DNA of 64,000 nucleotides from Macrostomum hystrix (lineage: Eukaryota > Animalia > Platyhelminthes). The position numbers and the translations under genes are program-made. Location of the stretch: assembly GCA_950097015.1 (NCBI GenBank), contig CATNEN010000025.1, positions 8,246,001 to 8,310,000 of the forward strand, in the 5' to 3' direction. Shown here one piece after another: positions 26,671-40,000 of the stretch. Position 1 is the stretch's first letter. Each line of letters opens with the position of its first letter. The notes under the pieces were generated by a model that made no database searches, had not been told where the DNA came from, and saw only the letters and a list, made by a program, of their open reading frames with translations.

Positions 26671-27700
26671 CATTGAAATAACATTAGTGTAAGTTATTAC
26701 AGAGTAAAATGTTTATTAGAATATATCGCTTGAATTACACAGTATTGTCATATGTATTTGGATATTAGAAAAACTTTTACTGGCAATTAAAATTGGCTCT
26801 CAGATAACATGTTTTTCTTCAACCAGTGTTTAATGGCGACCCGGGGAAGTTATTAACCTGGATCAATAATAAACAGAGCATCAATAGGTAAAAAAGAACG
26901 TCCAAGAAAAGCTAAAAAACTGGAATATTGCATATTTGTTTGTTAAACAAAAAGCGAATGTTAAAAAACAATAAATTATCAAACTTTATCAAACTAGCAG
27001 TGTTTTCAGAACTGCAGATTTTCTGAATTATATGGTTGTGAAAACAATGCCGATTCACATGTTACTCACATGGCTAGAGTAAAGTTAGTGTTCACTTATT
27101 GTTAACAACAAATATCAATGACAAACGTCAATGGAATAAAAAATGATCAAGATTTCAATCAAGAATAAAATTGCTATACATAATATACATTAGGAATTAA
27201 TACACTAAATCTATTTAAAAAGCACGTGCGCATTATAACAAAAAAGAACATATGTTATGGAGAAATAAAATGGAAATGTCAATCGAATTGTAATGTGAAA
27301 AGTTCTGGAAGACAGCCAAAACCGTTAATTAACTGTCTTCACAGGTTTGAAAGGACATATTTATATCCCTAATGATATCGATATCTATGGGTGCTGTAAG
27401 CACGGGTGTGTAAAATGTGCCTTGTTCAAGATAGTGAAAGAATTAAATAATTTAAGCAACGCTTAACTGTAGCTAGAATAAAAACAAATTATAAAAGTCA
27501 ATCATAATAAAGCAATAAAAAATTGTGCCATTAAAATTTGTTTTAAACAGCACCGCAGCAACACTTAAAAGATGATCAGAACGATAATTCGGAGTGTAAA
27601 AAATTCTTACTTTTATTGGGCTAAATTTAAAAGAAAAACGACAAAATATTCGTCACTTCACTGAGCGATATTACTTGCAGTAGTACACTGGGTAATAAAA

Positions 27701-30700
27701 TCACTGTACCAGCTGCACGTAATTAGCTGGGAACATGCCACGTTGGCCGGCCTGGTTGTTGCCAACCCACCAGCCTTCGTCAATCATCTCCACCTGGGTG
27801 ATGGTCTCGCCCTCCAATATGGTTAGCTCGTCTTCATCCTCTGCAATCAGACAAGTTTAATAATGGGATTCGACTGTAATGATTTGTTACAGTCGCATAT
27901 TAGATGACTAGCCTGAATATATTAGATGACTAGCCTGAAGATATTAGATGACTAGCCTGAAGATATTGGATGACTAGCCTGAAGATATTAGATGACTAGC
28001 CTGAAGATATTAGATGACTAGCCAGAAGATATTAGATGACTAGCCTGAAGATATTAGATGACTAACCTGAAGATATTCGATGACTAGCCTGAAGATATTA
28101 GATGACTAACCTGAAGATATTAGATGACTAGCCTGAAGATATTAGATGACAAACCTGAAGATATTAGATGACTAGCCTGAAGATATTAGATGACTAGCCT
28201 GAAGATATTAGATGACTAGCCTGAAGATATTCGATGACTAGCTTGAAGATATTAGATGACTAGCCTGAAGATATTAGATGACTAACCTGAAGATATTAGA
28301 TGACTAGCCTGAAGATATTAGATGACTAACCTGAAGATATTCGATGACTAGCCTGAAGATATTAGATGACTAGCCTGAAGATATTAGATGACTAGCCTGA
28401 TGATATTAGATGACTAGCCTGAAGATATTAGATGACTAACCTGAAGATATTCGATGACTAGCCTGAAGATATTAGATGACTAGCCTGAAGATATTAGATG
28501 ACTAACCTGAAGATATTAGATGACTAGCCTGAAGATATTAGATGACTAACCTGAAGATATTCGATGACTAGCTTGAAGATATTAGATGACTAGCCTGAAG
28601 ATATTAGATGACTAACCTGAAGATATTAGATGACTAGCCTGAAGATATTAGATGACTAGCCTGAAGATATTCGATGACTAGCCTGAAGATATTAGATGAC
28701 TAGCCTGAAGATATTAGATGACTAGCCTGAAGATATTAGATGACTAGCCTGAAGATATTAGATGACTAGCCTGAAGATATTAGATGACTAGCCTGAAGAT
28801 ATTAGATGACTAGCCTGAAGATATTCGATGACTAGCCTGAAGATACTAGATGACTAGCCTGAAGATACTAGATGACTAGCCTGAAGGCATTAGATGACTA
28901 GCCTGAATATATTGGATGACTAACCTGAAGTTATATATAATAGAAGTTACGAGCATATGGGAGAAATAATGCCAGCGCCCACTCACCGGCTACATATTCA
29001 TACAAAGCAACGGCGGTCAGCATGCCCTCCTGCTGTTGCTCTTCCACCTCAGTGTTGGCATAGACATCTTCCTCGGCGTTGTCATCGATCGATGTCTCTG
29101 TAGGGTTAGCCGGCTGATGCTGCTGCTGCTGCTGCGGCGGTGGCTGCGTCGGCACTTGGGCAGGGGGAACAACCACCGGCTGCTGGGGCTCCGGCTCGGC
29201 AGTATGGGAGACGTCCGCCTCGGAGTAGACATCAGCCCAATCGTCCTCCTCTGGCTGCTGCTGCTGTTTCTGCTGCTGCTGAACTGGCGGCTCTGGACAC
29301 CTGGGCGGCGGCAGCTGTGGAGGAAGTTCAACAGGTTGAGGTTTGACCTCCTGCTGATGCTGCTGCCGCTCTTTCTCGGCCTCCCTAGCAAGACGGTCCA
29401 TTTCGGCGCGGGGATCAACGCGCTGGTAGTTGGACTGCACCGGCTCGGAATCAGGATGATGCTGCTGCTGCTGCTTTTGCTGCTCCTTCTCGGCCTCCCT
29501 AGCAAGACGGTCCATTTCGGCGCGGGGATCAACGCGCTGGTAGTTGGACTGCACCGGCTCGGAATCTGGATGATACTGCTGCTGCTTTTGCTGCTCCTTC
29601 TCGGCCTCCCTAGCAACACGGTCCATTTCGGCGCGGGGATCAACCCGCTTATAGTTGCTACCCACAGGCTGTGGCGCCTCCTCAACATGGCCGCGCGTCA
29701 GATTCTCAATTTCAGCTTTGGGATCAATGCGCTTGTAGCTGGCCCCTGCCCGCTGCGGCATTTCTTCAGTCTTGCCTTTAGTCAGGCTCTCAATTTCGGC
29801 TTTGGGATCGATGCGTTTATAACTGCTGCCAATCTTCTGCGGAGCGACTTCTGCTTTGCCGCGCGTCAAGCTTTCAATTTCAGCTTTGGGATCAATGCGC
29901 TTGTAGCTGGCCCCAGCCCGTTGCGGCATTTCTTCAACTTTGTCTTTCGTCAAGCTTTCAATCTCAGCTTTAGGATCAATGCGTTTGTAGCTGGCCCCAG
30001 CCCGTTGCGGCATTTCTTCAACTTTGTCTTTCGTCAAGCTTTCAATCTCAGCTTTGGGATCTATGCGTTTATAACTGCTGCCAATCTTCTGCGGAGCGAC
30101 TTCTTCTCTTTTGTCGCGCGTCAAGCTTTCAATTTCGGCCTTGGGATCAATGCGCTTGTAGTTGGTGCCGGCCCGGTGTGGCAGCTCTTCAGTCTTGTCC
30201 TTGGTCATACTCGCAATCTCGGCCTTGGGATCAATGCGCTGATAGTTCGTGCCGATTCGCTGCTGGCTGGGCGGCTCGACCGCCGGCTTCTCCTTGGCCA
30301 GGCGGGCCAGCTCGGCAGTCGGGTTCACCCGCTGGTAGACGCTGGCGGCCGGCTTCTGCGGCTTTACGGGTGCCTCGCGACGCTGCGTGGTCAGGTTCTG
30401 CACCTCCGCCTGGCGCTGTCGGCGAAGCTCTTCGGCGCGTCGGCGACGCTCCTCGGCGTCACGCATGGCGGTCAGTTCGGAATCCTCGGCCCCCTGCTTG
30501 ACAGCGCCGGCCGAGTAACTGGAGCCGGAGGAGCCCGCCACCTTCTTAAGCACATCCTGAAGGGTCGCAGTGCGCGATTTGAGGAACTCAGGACTCAGAA
30601 CTCAGGAATAGCCCACTGTAGGATAGAAGGATAGGGGGATTTCACAGTAGGATAGAAAGATAGGGGGAATCCCCACTGTGGGATAGCAGGATAGGGGGAA

Positions 30701-32420
30701 TCCCCACTGTAGGATAGCAGGATAGGGAGAATCCCCATCTGTAGGATAGCAGGATAGGGGGAATCCCCACTGTAGGATAGCAGGATAGGGAGAATCCCCA
30801 TTGTAGGATAGTATGATAGGTGAATCCCCACAGTAGGATAACAGGATGTGGGCCTCGCACCGTAGGATAGCAGGATAGGGATAATCCCCATTGTAGGATA
30901 GTATGATAGGGGAATCCCCACAGTAGGATAACAGGATGTGGGCCTCGCACCGTATGATATCAGGATAGGGAGAATCCTCACTGTAGAATAGCGGGATTTA
31001 GGGTTCCGACTGCAGGATAACGGGAATCCCCGCTTTAGAACAACAGGTCACTAGGAATCCCAACTATGGAACAACAGGTGAATGGGAATCTAAACGGTAG
31101 AAAAACAGGTGAATGAATGGGAGTCCCGACTGTAAAATAGCAGGGAAACAGGATGGCAGATGTGAGCTGGATGGGAAAAGATCCCTACTAATGAATGCTT
31201 ACCTTTTCATCAAGGTCATCTTCATTGCGAGCCTCCAACCGAATATGAATAGAGGGACAGAGTCGCTGCACCTCGTAGGAATGAGTACTGCTCATCGCTT
31301 TAGTCTTCTCATGGGCACCCTCGCCCTGCCAGGTGATGAAGACAAACTTATTGAGCCTGGTGTTGGGATCGGTGACCCGCACGAAGCCGTACTGCACCTT
31401 GCTGCCGCTGAACCCTTCAGCCATGCCAGAGAGGCCATCGTCTAGCAATCGAACAAGATTTGCGCAGGTTAATTAGGTAATAAGGGAACGATTATGGGAT
31501 TCGTTTTAATTAGGCATGCATACTTCTCCTTTTGTGAGCTTTACGCTATTCATAATTTTTCTCATTCGCTTCTCATCCTACAGTGAGGAATTCTCATTCG
31601 CCTCATATCCTACAGAGGGGATTTCCATTCGCCTCATATCCTACAGAGGGGATTTCCATTCGCTCTTATCCTACAGCGGGGATTCCCATTCGCTCTTATC
31701 CTACAGTAGGCGATTCCCATTCGCTCTTATCCTACAGTGGGGGATTCCCATTCGCTCTTATCCTACAGTGGGGGATTCCCATTCGCTCTTATCCTACAGT
31801 GGGGGATTCCCATTCGCTCTTATCCTACAGTGGGGGATTCCCATTCGCTCTTATCCTACAGCGGGGATTCCCATTCGCTCTTATCCTACAGTGGGGGATT
31901 CCCATTCGCTCTTATCCTACAGTGGGGGATTCCCATTCGCTCTTATCCTACATTCGGGGATTCCCATTCGACTCTTATCGTACAGTAGGGGATTCTCATT
32001 CGTATCCTCTCATACAGTGGGGATTCTCACTCGACTCTTATCCTAAAGTGGGGATTCCCATTTGCCCTTTATCCTACAGTGGGGGATTCCCATTCACCGC
32101 TTTTCCTACAACGAGGTAAATAATTATTATTCTATCTGGGATTCCCATGTTCTCGGCGGTCTAACATGAAAGCAGACACAATATGTCAACTTACCACCAG
32201 TCTCCACTACTTTCAGATCATTGGTTTGACCCTCGTAGCCAAAGATCACCCTGTAAGTGGTAAAATAGCGAATAGAAATCGAATGAATCGACATGATCAC
32301 CACACTGCAGTTGAGAAAGCCTTTCCATCCTCACCAGTTGATTTTGCCAGATTGTGAGGCCACATCGGCTATGGCCGATCGAATTTCCTCTCCGTGCCGA
32401 TTGAGATTTATGGAGGCCAT
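27701..32420 (-). CDS. DBNL: Drebrin-like protein / Abp1 (ADF-H, tandem repeats, Pro/Gln-rich, SH3), 5 exons, 696 aa
   Basis: Exons 32420-32335 (MASINLNRHGEEIRSAIADV..INW), 32250-32195 (VIFGYEGQTNDLKVVETG), 31441-31203 (GLSGMAEGFSGSKVQYGFVRVTDPNTRLNKFVFITWQGEG..ARNEDDLDEK), 30556-28987 and 27840-27701 (EDEDELTILEGETITQVEMIDEGWWVG..GMFPANYVQL*). All junctions are GT-AG with matching phases (2,1,0,1); total 2091 nt. AATAAA at 27617-27612. Confidence 0.95.
27896..28930. repeat. 22 bp minisatellite, ~47 copies, in DBNL intron 4
   Basis: TAGATGACTAGCCTGAAGATAT. Confidence 0.98.
30612..30990 (+). repeat. 31 bp minisatellite (array A) in DBNL intron 3
   Basis: GGGGGAATCCCCACTGTAGGATAGCAGGATA, ~12 copies with degenerate flanks. 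Confidence 0.93.
31575..32100 (-). repeat. 31 bp minisatellite (array B) in DBNL intron 2, inverted relative of array A
   Basis: Plus-strand unit GGGGGATTCCCATTCGCTCTTATCCTACAGT, ~17 copies; shares TATCCTACAGTGGGG(G)ATTCCC with the reverse complement of array A. Confidence 0.93.
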
Positions 32421-33489
32421 TTTGTCAGTCTGTTTAAAAGGCACCAGATAATTAAGAAGTGCTTATCAGCTGAAAAGGCAATTATAACGTTATATATATT
32501 TAGTTTCTCTATAAAACTACTGTAAGTAGAACGTTTAAAATTTTAAATTTTTAAAAATTATTTTAGAAATCTAAAAAAACATAGGTATTTTAATATAAAA
32601 ATTCTTTATTCACGAACGCACGATGCAAAGCTTCAACGCGGCCAGCGTAAAATTTCTGCTTTGTTTAACCATAGTTTATAATATAGAATTCCAAGTGATA
32701 TTGAAACAATATTGATTGAAACAACATAACAATGAGAAAGAACTAAAAACATTAGCACGAATGACTAAAAAGCATAAAAACTAACTGAGATTATAACAGT
32801 TTCTAGGAAACTTGAATTTTAAAACACGGAAAAAAGCTGTGCACACTGAAAACTGGCTGAAAACTGGATTTAAATTTTAAACAAATCAAATGACAATATT
32901 TACCTTTAGATCAACCAAACTAAACAAATAAATTAGTTTATTTAATAAAAGGAAGCAAAGCATTTTGAGATCAATTTATTAACTGATAGCGCCAAAAGTA
33001 AGTCTTTAAGAAAGCAACTTAAATATGAAGCAATTTAATCATTAATTTGAATTATACAAAGCAAAAAATAAGCTCAGCAAAACTAGTAATATTAGAATAC
33101 TGGAGGACAAGGGAAAATATAATGAGAGATTAGTACTCAAATATCTACTTGTATTATTACTGCTTTAGCAATAATGGTAAGTAGTATCAGACGTATATTG
33201 CACATAAAAATCTAGCAATCATAAGCTTATTTCAATAATCGAAATAAAGTACAATTTCAAGATTCGAATGACTAGACTTAGAAAAATAAAATAGTTTTTT
33301 TTTCGTATAAACAGCATAGAATACTGTCAGGAGAGAGATCGTTGTTAGTGACACTAACTTTAATTTTCCAACCAGAAGTCTCGATCGACTAACCAAAGCC
33401 TCCGTTCACAATCAAACCGTTTCAGGAAAAGAAGAAAATATTTTAACTGGACCGCTTAAATCATTTTATTAATGATCCGGATCTGGTAC

Positions 33490-33528
33490 CTGCGTGTCTT
33501 CGAGGTCTCCATGTGTGCAAACTATAAC
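33490..33528 (-). other. Candidate 39-nt exon between SCOC and DBNL
   Basis: Acceptor CTTTCTCTCTCCTGGTCAG and donor CAG|GTACC. Reads VIVCTHGDLEDTQ, in frame with the DBNL ATG through the acceptor at 32430-32432. Confidence 0.5.
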
Positions 33529-33629
33529 CTGACCAGGAGAGAGAAAGCATAGGGCATAAAAGCAATCGCAACATTTCCCTTAAAAAACTCCACAATCTAT
33601 GGCCCAAACTCCACATTCTAAGATCTAAA

Positions 33630-34048
33630 CTCCAGTCAATGGTCTAAACATCAGTCAATGGTCTAAACATCAGTCAATGGTCTAAACATCAGTCAATGGT
33701 CTAAACATCAGTCAATGGTCTAAACTCCAGTCTATGGTCTAAATTCCAGTCTATAGTCTAAACTCCAATCAATAGCCTAAACTCCAGTCTATGGTCTAAG
33801 CTCCAGTCTATGGTCTGAACTCCAATCAATAGCCTAAGCTCCAGTCTATGGTCTAAACTCCAGTCTATGGTCTAAACTCCAATCAATAGCCTAAACTCCA
33901 GTCTATGGTCTAAACTCCAGTCTATGGTCTAAACTCCAATCAATAGCCTAAACTCCAGTCTATGGTCTAAACTCCAGTCTATGGTCTAAACTCCAATCAA
34001 TAGCCTAAACTCCAGTCTATGGTCTAAACTCCAGTCAATGGTCTAAAC
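33630..34048. repeat. 19 bp minisatellite with a 57 bp higher-order trimer
   Basis: CCAGTCTATGGTCTAAACT x2 plus CCAATCAATAGCCTAAACT, repeated. Confidence 0.95.
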
Positions 34049-34238
34049 TAGATAATCGCGTAGAATAGAAGAGAAAATGGAAATAAAAAACGGGTGACGT
34101 CGGCCGAAGGAAAGGTGCCAATGGCCGTGGCGGACAGTTGAGGCAACAGTTTCTTATCGTAGTCTATGGCCTAATCTATGATCTGTTGAAAAGCGGAAAG
34201 GGGAAAGAAGGGCTGGATGCCAGCAACAAAACCATTGT

Positions 34239-34597
34239 CTATGACTCCGGCCGCTTCTTTCCAGCTGGCGGTGGCTGTCCGCGACCGCGTTTCGACTTCG
34301 GACTGCCGGCTGTGAACACGGAGCTGGCGGCCATTAAGTTCTCAATGTACTGGCCCAGGACGCGATTCTCGTTTCTTAATTTAAGATTTTCTTCTTTCAC
34401 GCTGTCAACTCGCGAGCTAAGATCTTCCAGCTGTATTCTGCAGCTCCAGTATCTGGGCCAACTAAACGACTTTTCTCTTCTTCTTCGGCTTCTTCGCCGC
34501 AGGAACCGCCGAGGCAGTCGCCGCCGCTGCCAAGCTCCGACCAGCGGATCGACGAGGCTGATTCGTCCTCGTCTAATTCAGCCGGGTGATTAGACAT
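34239..34597 (-). CDS. SCOC: Short coiled-coil protein (SCOC/UNC-69), two apparent +1 insertions
   Basis: Removing one base near 34458 and one near 34432 gives [56 protein letters not shown], the SCOC signature. Acceptor at 34611-34613, 13 nt before the ATG. Confidence 0.9.
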
Positions 34598-34809
34598 TGC
34601 TTGGAGGGAACTGAAAGACAAAGTTAATGAGGAATGCAGTTGAAGAAGACTACTGCAAGTAGAGATGTACGAATTGTCAATCTAGGGCTGTCAGAATTGT
34701 CTGCGTCGAATCAACGACAAACTAAAAACTCACCCCGCAAGCAGAAATGACACCTAAAATACTACCTAGCTTCGAGGTTAACAAGGCTGATATCTAATTC
34801 TTAAGGACC

Positions 34810-34875
34810 AAGTGGTTTCTACAGGGCTGAGATTCGAACTCACGACGTCTAGGCTAAGCGATGACCCTTACGATC
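34810..34875 (-). mobile_element. Possible tRNA-like SINE head
   Basis: Minus strand has B-box GAGTTCGAATCTC. Confidence 0.3.
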
Positions 34876-37042
34876 TAAACATTCTTAAAAAAACAATAAT
34901 TAAGATTAGGAAAGAATGAGGAACGATTTTGTCAAACCAAAAATTATATTCACAAATACTTATTGAATGTACACATATAAAATGCATTATATTTCAACAT
35001 ATAAGAAGATAGAAGATAATAAGCTACATTTACGAGTATTATTTAATGTCTGTTTCTAAGAATATATAAATACAATCTAATCTATTTGAAATTCGTCCGA
35101 TAAGCCGAAACTTTGTCGCAAAAAGCGTGCCTCAATCGATGCACTTTTAGCCGAATCAGAGCCATGGAAGCCATTCCTGGTATCCGTTAGTCCAACTAAA
35201 GCTCTTAGACAATCCGGCTCCTCTATCAGGGCTCGATAGACCTGAACGGGATTTCGGTGCGAATTTTATCTTTTTATCAAATATAAAAACCTTGTCTTTG
35301 CTATGCAACATGCTTCTTAATAATATTTTGATACATATAGGCTAGTCTATGAACAGCAGGATAACTAGATTTAATTGTGAGTAGCTAAGCTATCGCAGCA
35401 AGGCCACAATAATTAGGGTGCTTGGGGGCTTGGCGTGAAACTTACACGCCAATAAGGTCCTCCGAGGCATAATGAGGGTGTACACTATCTGACAATGAAA
35501 ATGTCTCGGCAGATGTACACCCTGTGTTTGTGTGTGTGCCTGCGTACGTTATCAAATTGCGTGTGTATTCAGTAGTCGTGGACACACACAGAACCACATA
35601 TACACACACTCTCTCCGCGGATTTGGCGCGAGAGGCATGGTAGAACCATTCTGCCGCTCACCCCCCCCCTACTAGTGTTGTCTCTTTGATCCTTTCACGC
35701 TAAACCACAACTATAATTAATTAACTATATGGAGACTCTTTTTAGTTTCTTTTTGGTGGCAGAAAGCATGCATAGCTCGATAGCTGCGCACCTTAGTAGG
35801 GCCAATAATAAGTCGCCAGCGTTGTATGGCTGCATCTCCGCCTAGCAGATAGACGCCAGTGTCCCCAGCCAGTAGGTAATTAGTTAGCCGGTTATAAAAG
35901 AATTTCTCCCTATGCTCCGCATAGAACTCTCTGGCTAATTGGCGACTGAATCGAACCTCCGCCCGGCTTAATATTTGAATGCCTTCGGCTAGCTAGGACA
36001 GATTCTACCAGATCTACGAGTGGTTTAAATCTGTACACATCCGGTTTAAGCAAGGCTAGGGTTACCTGCCAAGCACTGGATGTGGGCATTTGCGAGGCTG
36101 AAATGGAGTCACTAAGCATGTTACTTTTAATTTAATCCAGGCAAGCAATATGTGCTAATTAATAATTATAGCTTAATCAATAAATAAACATACACCTGTA
36201 GCAGAGAATGTATACTAATTGGGGCCTACTTGATGTTACTAGATTACACTGGATCCACACTAGAAAGTGCTGATTATCAACTGTTTTAGTTGATAATGAT
36301 GCCGTTTACTTGCATAATAGTAAAAATGTTTGCAGGATGGCTGTGGGCACTGGCACATAATTTGGGGACAGTTGACCCACAGCCAGTGACTAGGCCATCT
36401 TGCCCATTCCACTGACTGCTGAGCACACACACTCGTACACATAAATTCACTTATGCTTGTATGTACACAGGCACACACTCACATAGTGATGTAAATCTTC
36501 CATGACTTTCTCATTATCAGGCAATGTACACTTTCACTGTAACTTGGGGGCAGCACACTGGGCTGTTATGGTCACTTTGTGGCCAATGTCAATCATTAAT
36601 GGGAATAGGAAAATAGTAGCAAAGTCAAATTTAACATCTTTTATAGGAAAAAGTCGATTAATTAGCCATCTAGGGGACTGGGGTCATGACACCAACATTG
36701 ACCTCATGCTTGGGGCCAATCTGACCCCCAGCCTATGCCCATCCCTTGTCCAAGACCCCTTATTAAATATGTTTATGCTATTAGATTGATTTATGTTAAA
36801 TTATATTTTAGCTGTTCTGACATGTGGAAGAAGTGAAAGTCTGCTATTTGTGGTCACTGTGATAGCAGATATAGTAGCAGTCTAATTTTGGAACCCCAAT
36901 ATCAATGATTAGGTGTTTAGTGAATGGCTCTGTCTATTTATTGATGTTTGAAACAAAAACCAAAATGATCATCTATTTCATGGGGATGCAACTGTAAAGT
37001 ACACCAGCTGATCGATTCAAAATAATATAATTGAGTGTCTAG

Positions 37043-40000
37043 GTGAATTTAGTCATCAATCAACTTCTAAAGTGAGTTGAGTAATCAACACATTTGTCAA
37101 TACTTGCTGATAGAGAGCAGTATACTCTTCTTGATAGGTACAGATGACAATTTTAATTTGCAACATCAATGAAAGAACAATATATATGGATTTTGGATTG
37201 CCTTGTACAGAAGATTTGTCTAGCAAAGGACATGCCAATCAGAGGCAAGTGAATATATAGGAAATATCATATAGACTAGACTATGATATAGCAGAAATAT
37301 CCAGGGATATTGAATCTTCATCTACTTTAAAAGTGCCCTATTTAACCTCAATTTAAAAATTCGCAAAAAATAATTTTCACTTTATCTATGCTGTTACTCA
37401 TGAGTCACTAACTATAAGAAGTTTATTTTTTTGAGGAAATTAGGCTAAAAAACAAACAATAATATCACAAAACAAACTTTGACGAGATGTGCAAAGAAAC
37501 TTATATAAATATGGGGCCTAGCCAGCAATGTTTAGGTTCCCACTCAAAATTATTTTGAAAATTTTCTTAAATGGTTGAGCTTTTTCATGACTGGTTGTCC
37601 TGTAGCCCCAACCTAAATTGTTCCTATAGCCAACCTTCATAATAGTGTCATCCTTTGCTACCTTTCATTATAAAAGGTAGAGTCACTTAACAGACTCGTA
37701 TGTTAAGCATAAAATACTTTTTGGTTTGATTTCTAATGTTGGACAAACTGTGCGCTAGGATAGTAAAACCTAGCAAAAGCATATAGCGTCTTAATCAAAA
37801 TAAGGCATATGCTATATAGGCTATGGAAATTGGAATTAATGCATTACCATATATAACACTTTCTGAGGAAAACAATTCAGCAACATTTCCTATTAGAAAA
37901 TGATAAGTCATTATTATCTTCTTTGATTTACTGAGCTCTAAAAATGGTAAAATTACTTTTGAATGGGGAAACTGAAAGATTGCAACCTAGTCTTCTGTCT
38001 CAAAAATACATTTGCATAGTCCATATAGTATGCCATTATTTACTATAAGCCTGACCCTATGGGCCTAATATGCCCTTGAAATATTCTGGTATGCATTTGT
38101 ATTGCATACCAAATTAGGTGGTATGGTTGGTGTGCACTTGCTTGACACTGAATTCTTGGTGTGCCCACTGAAGTGCTCAAGATGGGTATAATGCACATGT
38201 GGCACTGAGAATACACACACTTCTTTTTGTACTTTACATTTTATCAAATAGGTTGACAAAGTGACCAAGTTTCTAGTCTCCCAATAATGGCAGTTGACAA
38301 AGTGACCAAGATGTATTTGTCGTAATTCCAACCATTTGACAAATTGACTCTAAATGCCATGCATCTTCTATGGACAACTCATCAGTAATTAGAAATACCA
38401 GTCTATTGTGCACCTTAATTCCCTGCACCTTAAATGCATGAAAAAACATTAATCTCCAAACCAAAGATAAACCCAATCTATTTTGCTAATTTGCTGCCTC
38501 CCATTGACCTGCAGTTTGAACTGGCTGTGGATCATCTGCCTCTGGATTTTCTCCGCAGTGACATCTGGGTTGAAGGCACTGGAAAGTGCCATCTGCTGCT
38601 TTACACCACTAACCAGCTAGAGCTGCTTGCTTCCTAAAAGTAATGGTTTATGGATGGCACCTATGATGATATACACATGCCATTCAAGCAACTGTACTCA
38701 GTGCACTGCTACATCAGAAGGGGGTTGACAACCAAGCAAGTCCCTCTAGCATTCTTTGCTTTGTGCTGTGCTTTGGTGACTGAAGCACAGGGCTGAGAGA
38801 CTGCAGCTGATGTTGTACCCTCTAATTACGGTAATGCACAGGGAGGCCCAGCTAGTGCCAGTGCAAGCTGCTCTGGTGCAATAGGGAGCCCAGGAATGCC
38901 AGCATAGAGTGCGCAAGGAGAAGCTGCAGACAAATGTCAAGCAATACTGGGCCAAGTGTTCTGGAAAATTTTCAATCCGAGGCTTCCTCACCAGCTGTAT
39001 GCACCTTGGCCACATTCTGCAGTTTGTGTGCAGACAAAGGCAGCTGTAGCAGCAGCAGGTGCAGCAGGAGCATTAAGTAGGCAGTGGTTTTTGTCAAAGA
39101 CTTGACTTAATTACATAATTACTTTCACTTGTAAGATGGCCTTTGTGATCTTTGTGATTCTTTGTGAAATTTGTTTTTGTATCAGCAACTTTGTGCTTTT
39201 ATCTTATTTGTTTTTTTATTGCCATATGTGCTGCATCTTTGTGGCAGTATAAACCTTCACAATTGTCTGGTCCCAAGCCCAGAATGAGAAAAGAGGAGGG
39301 TACTTCTATTGTCTTTCTCCAAAATTAAACTAGGCTCTTTCTCAAATATTTCAGGAAATATTAGTGCTTTGGTCCTTTTACTTTAGTTTGTCCTTCATCC
39401 TACTTTGCCCTCATTGGATCCACTACTTGAATGTGTGTGCTAAGGGCATAGTTGACAAAGTGACCATGTTTAAATTTGCTATTTTAACACAGTTGACAAA
39501 GTGACCAATTCTATGAGTCTCCAATTTGGATAGTTGACGAAGTGACAAACTATTGACGTCATTCTATAAAACCCTAGTTGACGAAGTGGCAGTTGACAAA
39601 ATGACTAGGAATCCAGAATAAAGTAAAGTTGTTAAGGTAACATAGTAAGGTTGTTAAAAAACAATCAGTGACTTGTTTCTTATTAATCAGATTGGCCTAG
39701 GCTTTTAACCTTTAAGTGTGCAAAAAACAGTTCTCGAAATTTTCTTATTAATCAGATTGGCCTAGGCTTTTAACCTTTAAGTGTGCAAAAAACAGTTCTC
39801 GAAATTTTACTTTATATATATATAGACTATACAGTTGCTCATGTCATGAGACACTCTCAAAACATGTTTTTACTCTATCCCTCTAATTATTTTTCTGGCC
39901 TGCAACCAACATGATCCAAAGGTACCTGGACACTTCGTCATCCATATGACAATCAGTCCAATATCTCAGAGGGTGGATAACGAAGAGACTTACACTTGTA

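Noticed and set aside
27896-28930. Hammerhead ribozyme repeats (CTGAAGA core)
   Set aside because: No GAAA or stem II/III geometry. The CTGAAGA..GAAA on the minus strand at ~46955-46975 also lacks a pairing stem II.
29017-30634. 532-aa plus-strand ORF and 223-aa minus-strand ORF
   Set aside because: Antisense and alternate-frame shadows of the repetitive DBNL exon 4.
30595-32119. ORFs in DBNL introns 2 and 3
   Set aside because: Translations of the 31 bp arrays, lying inside well-supported introns.
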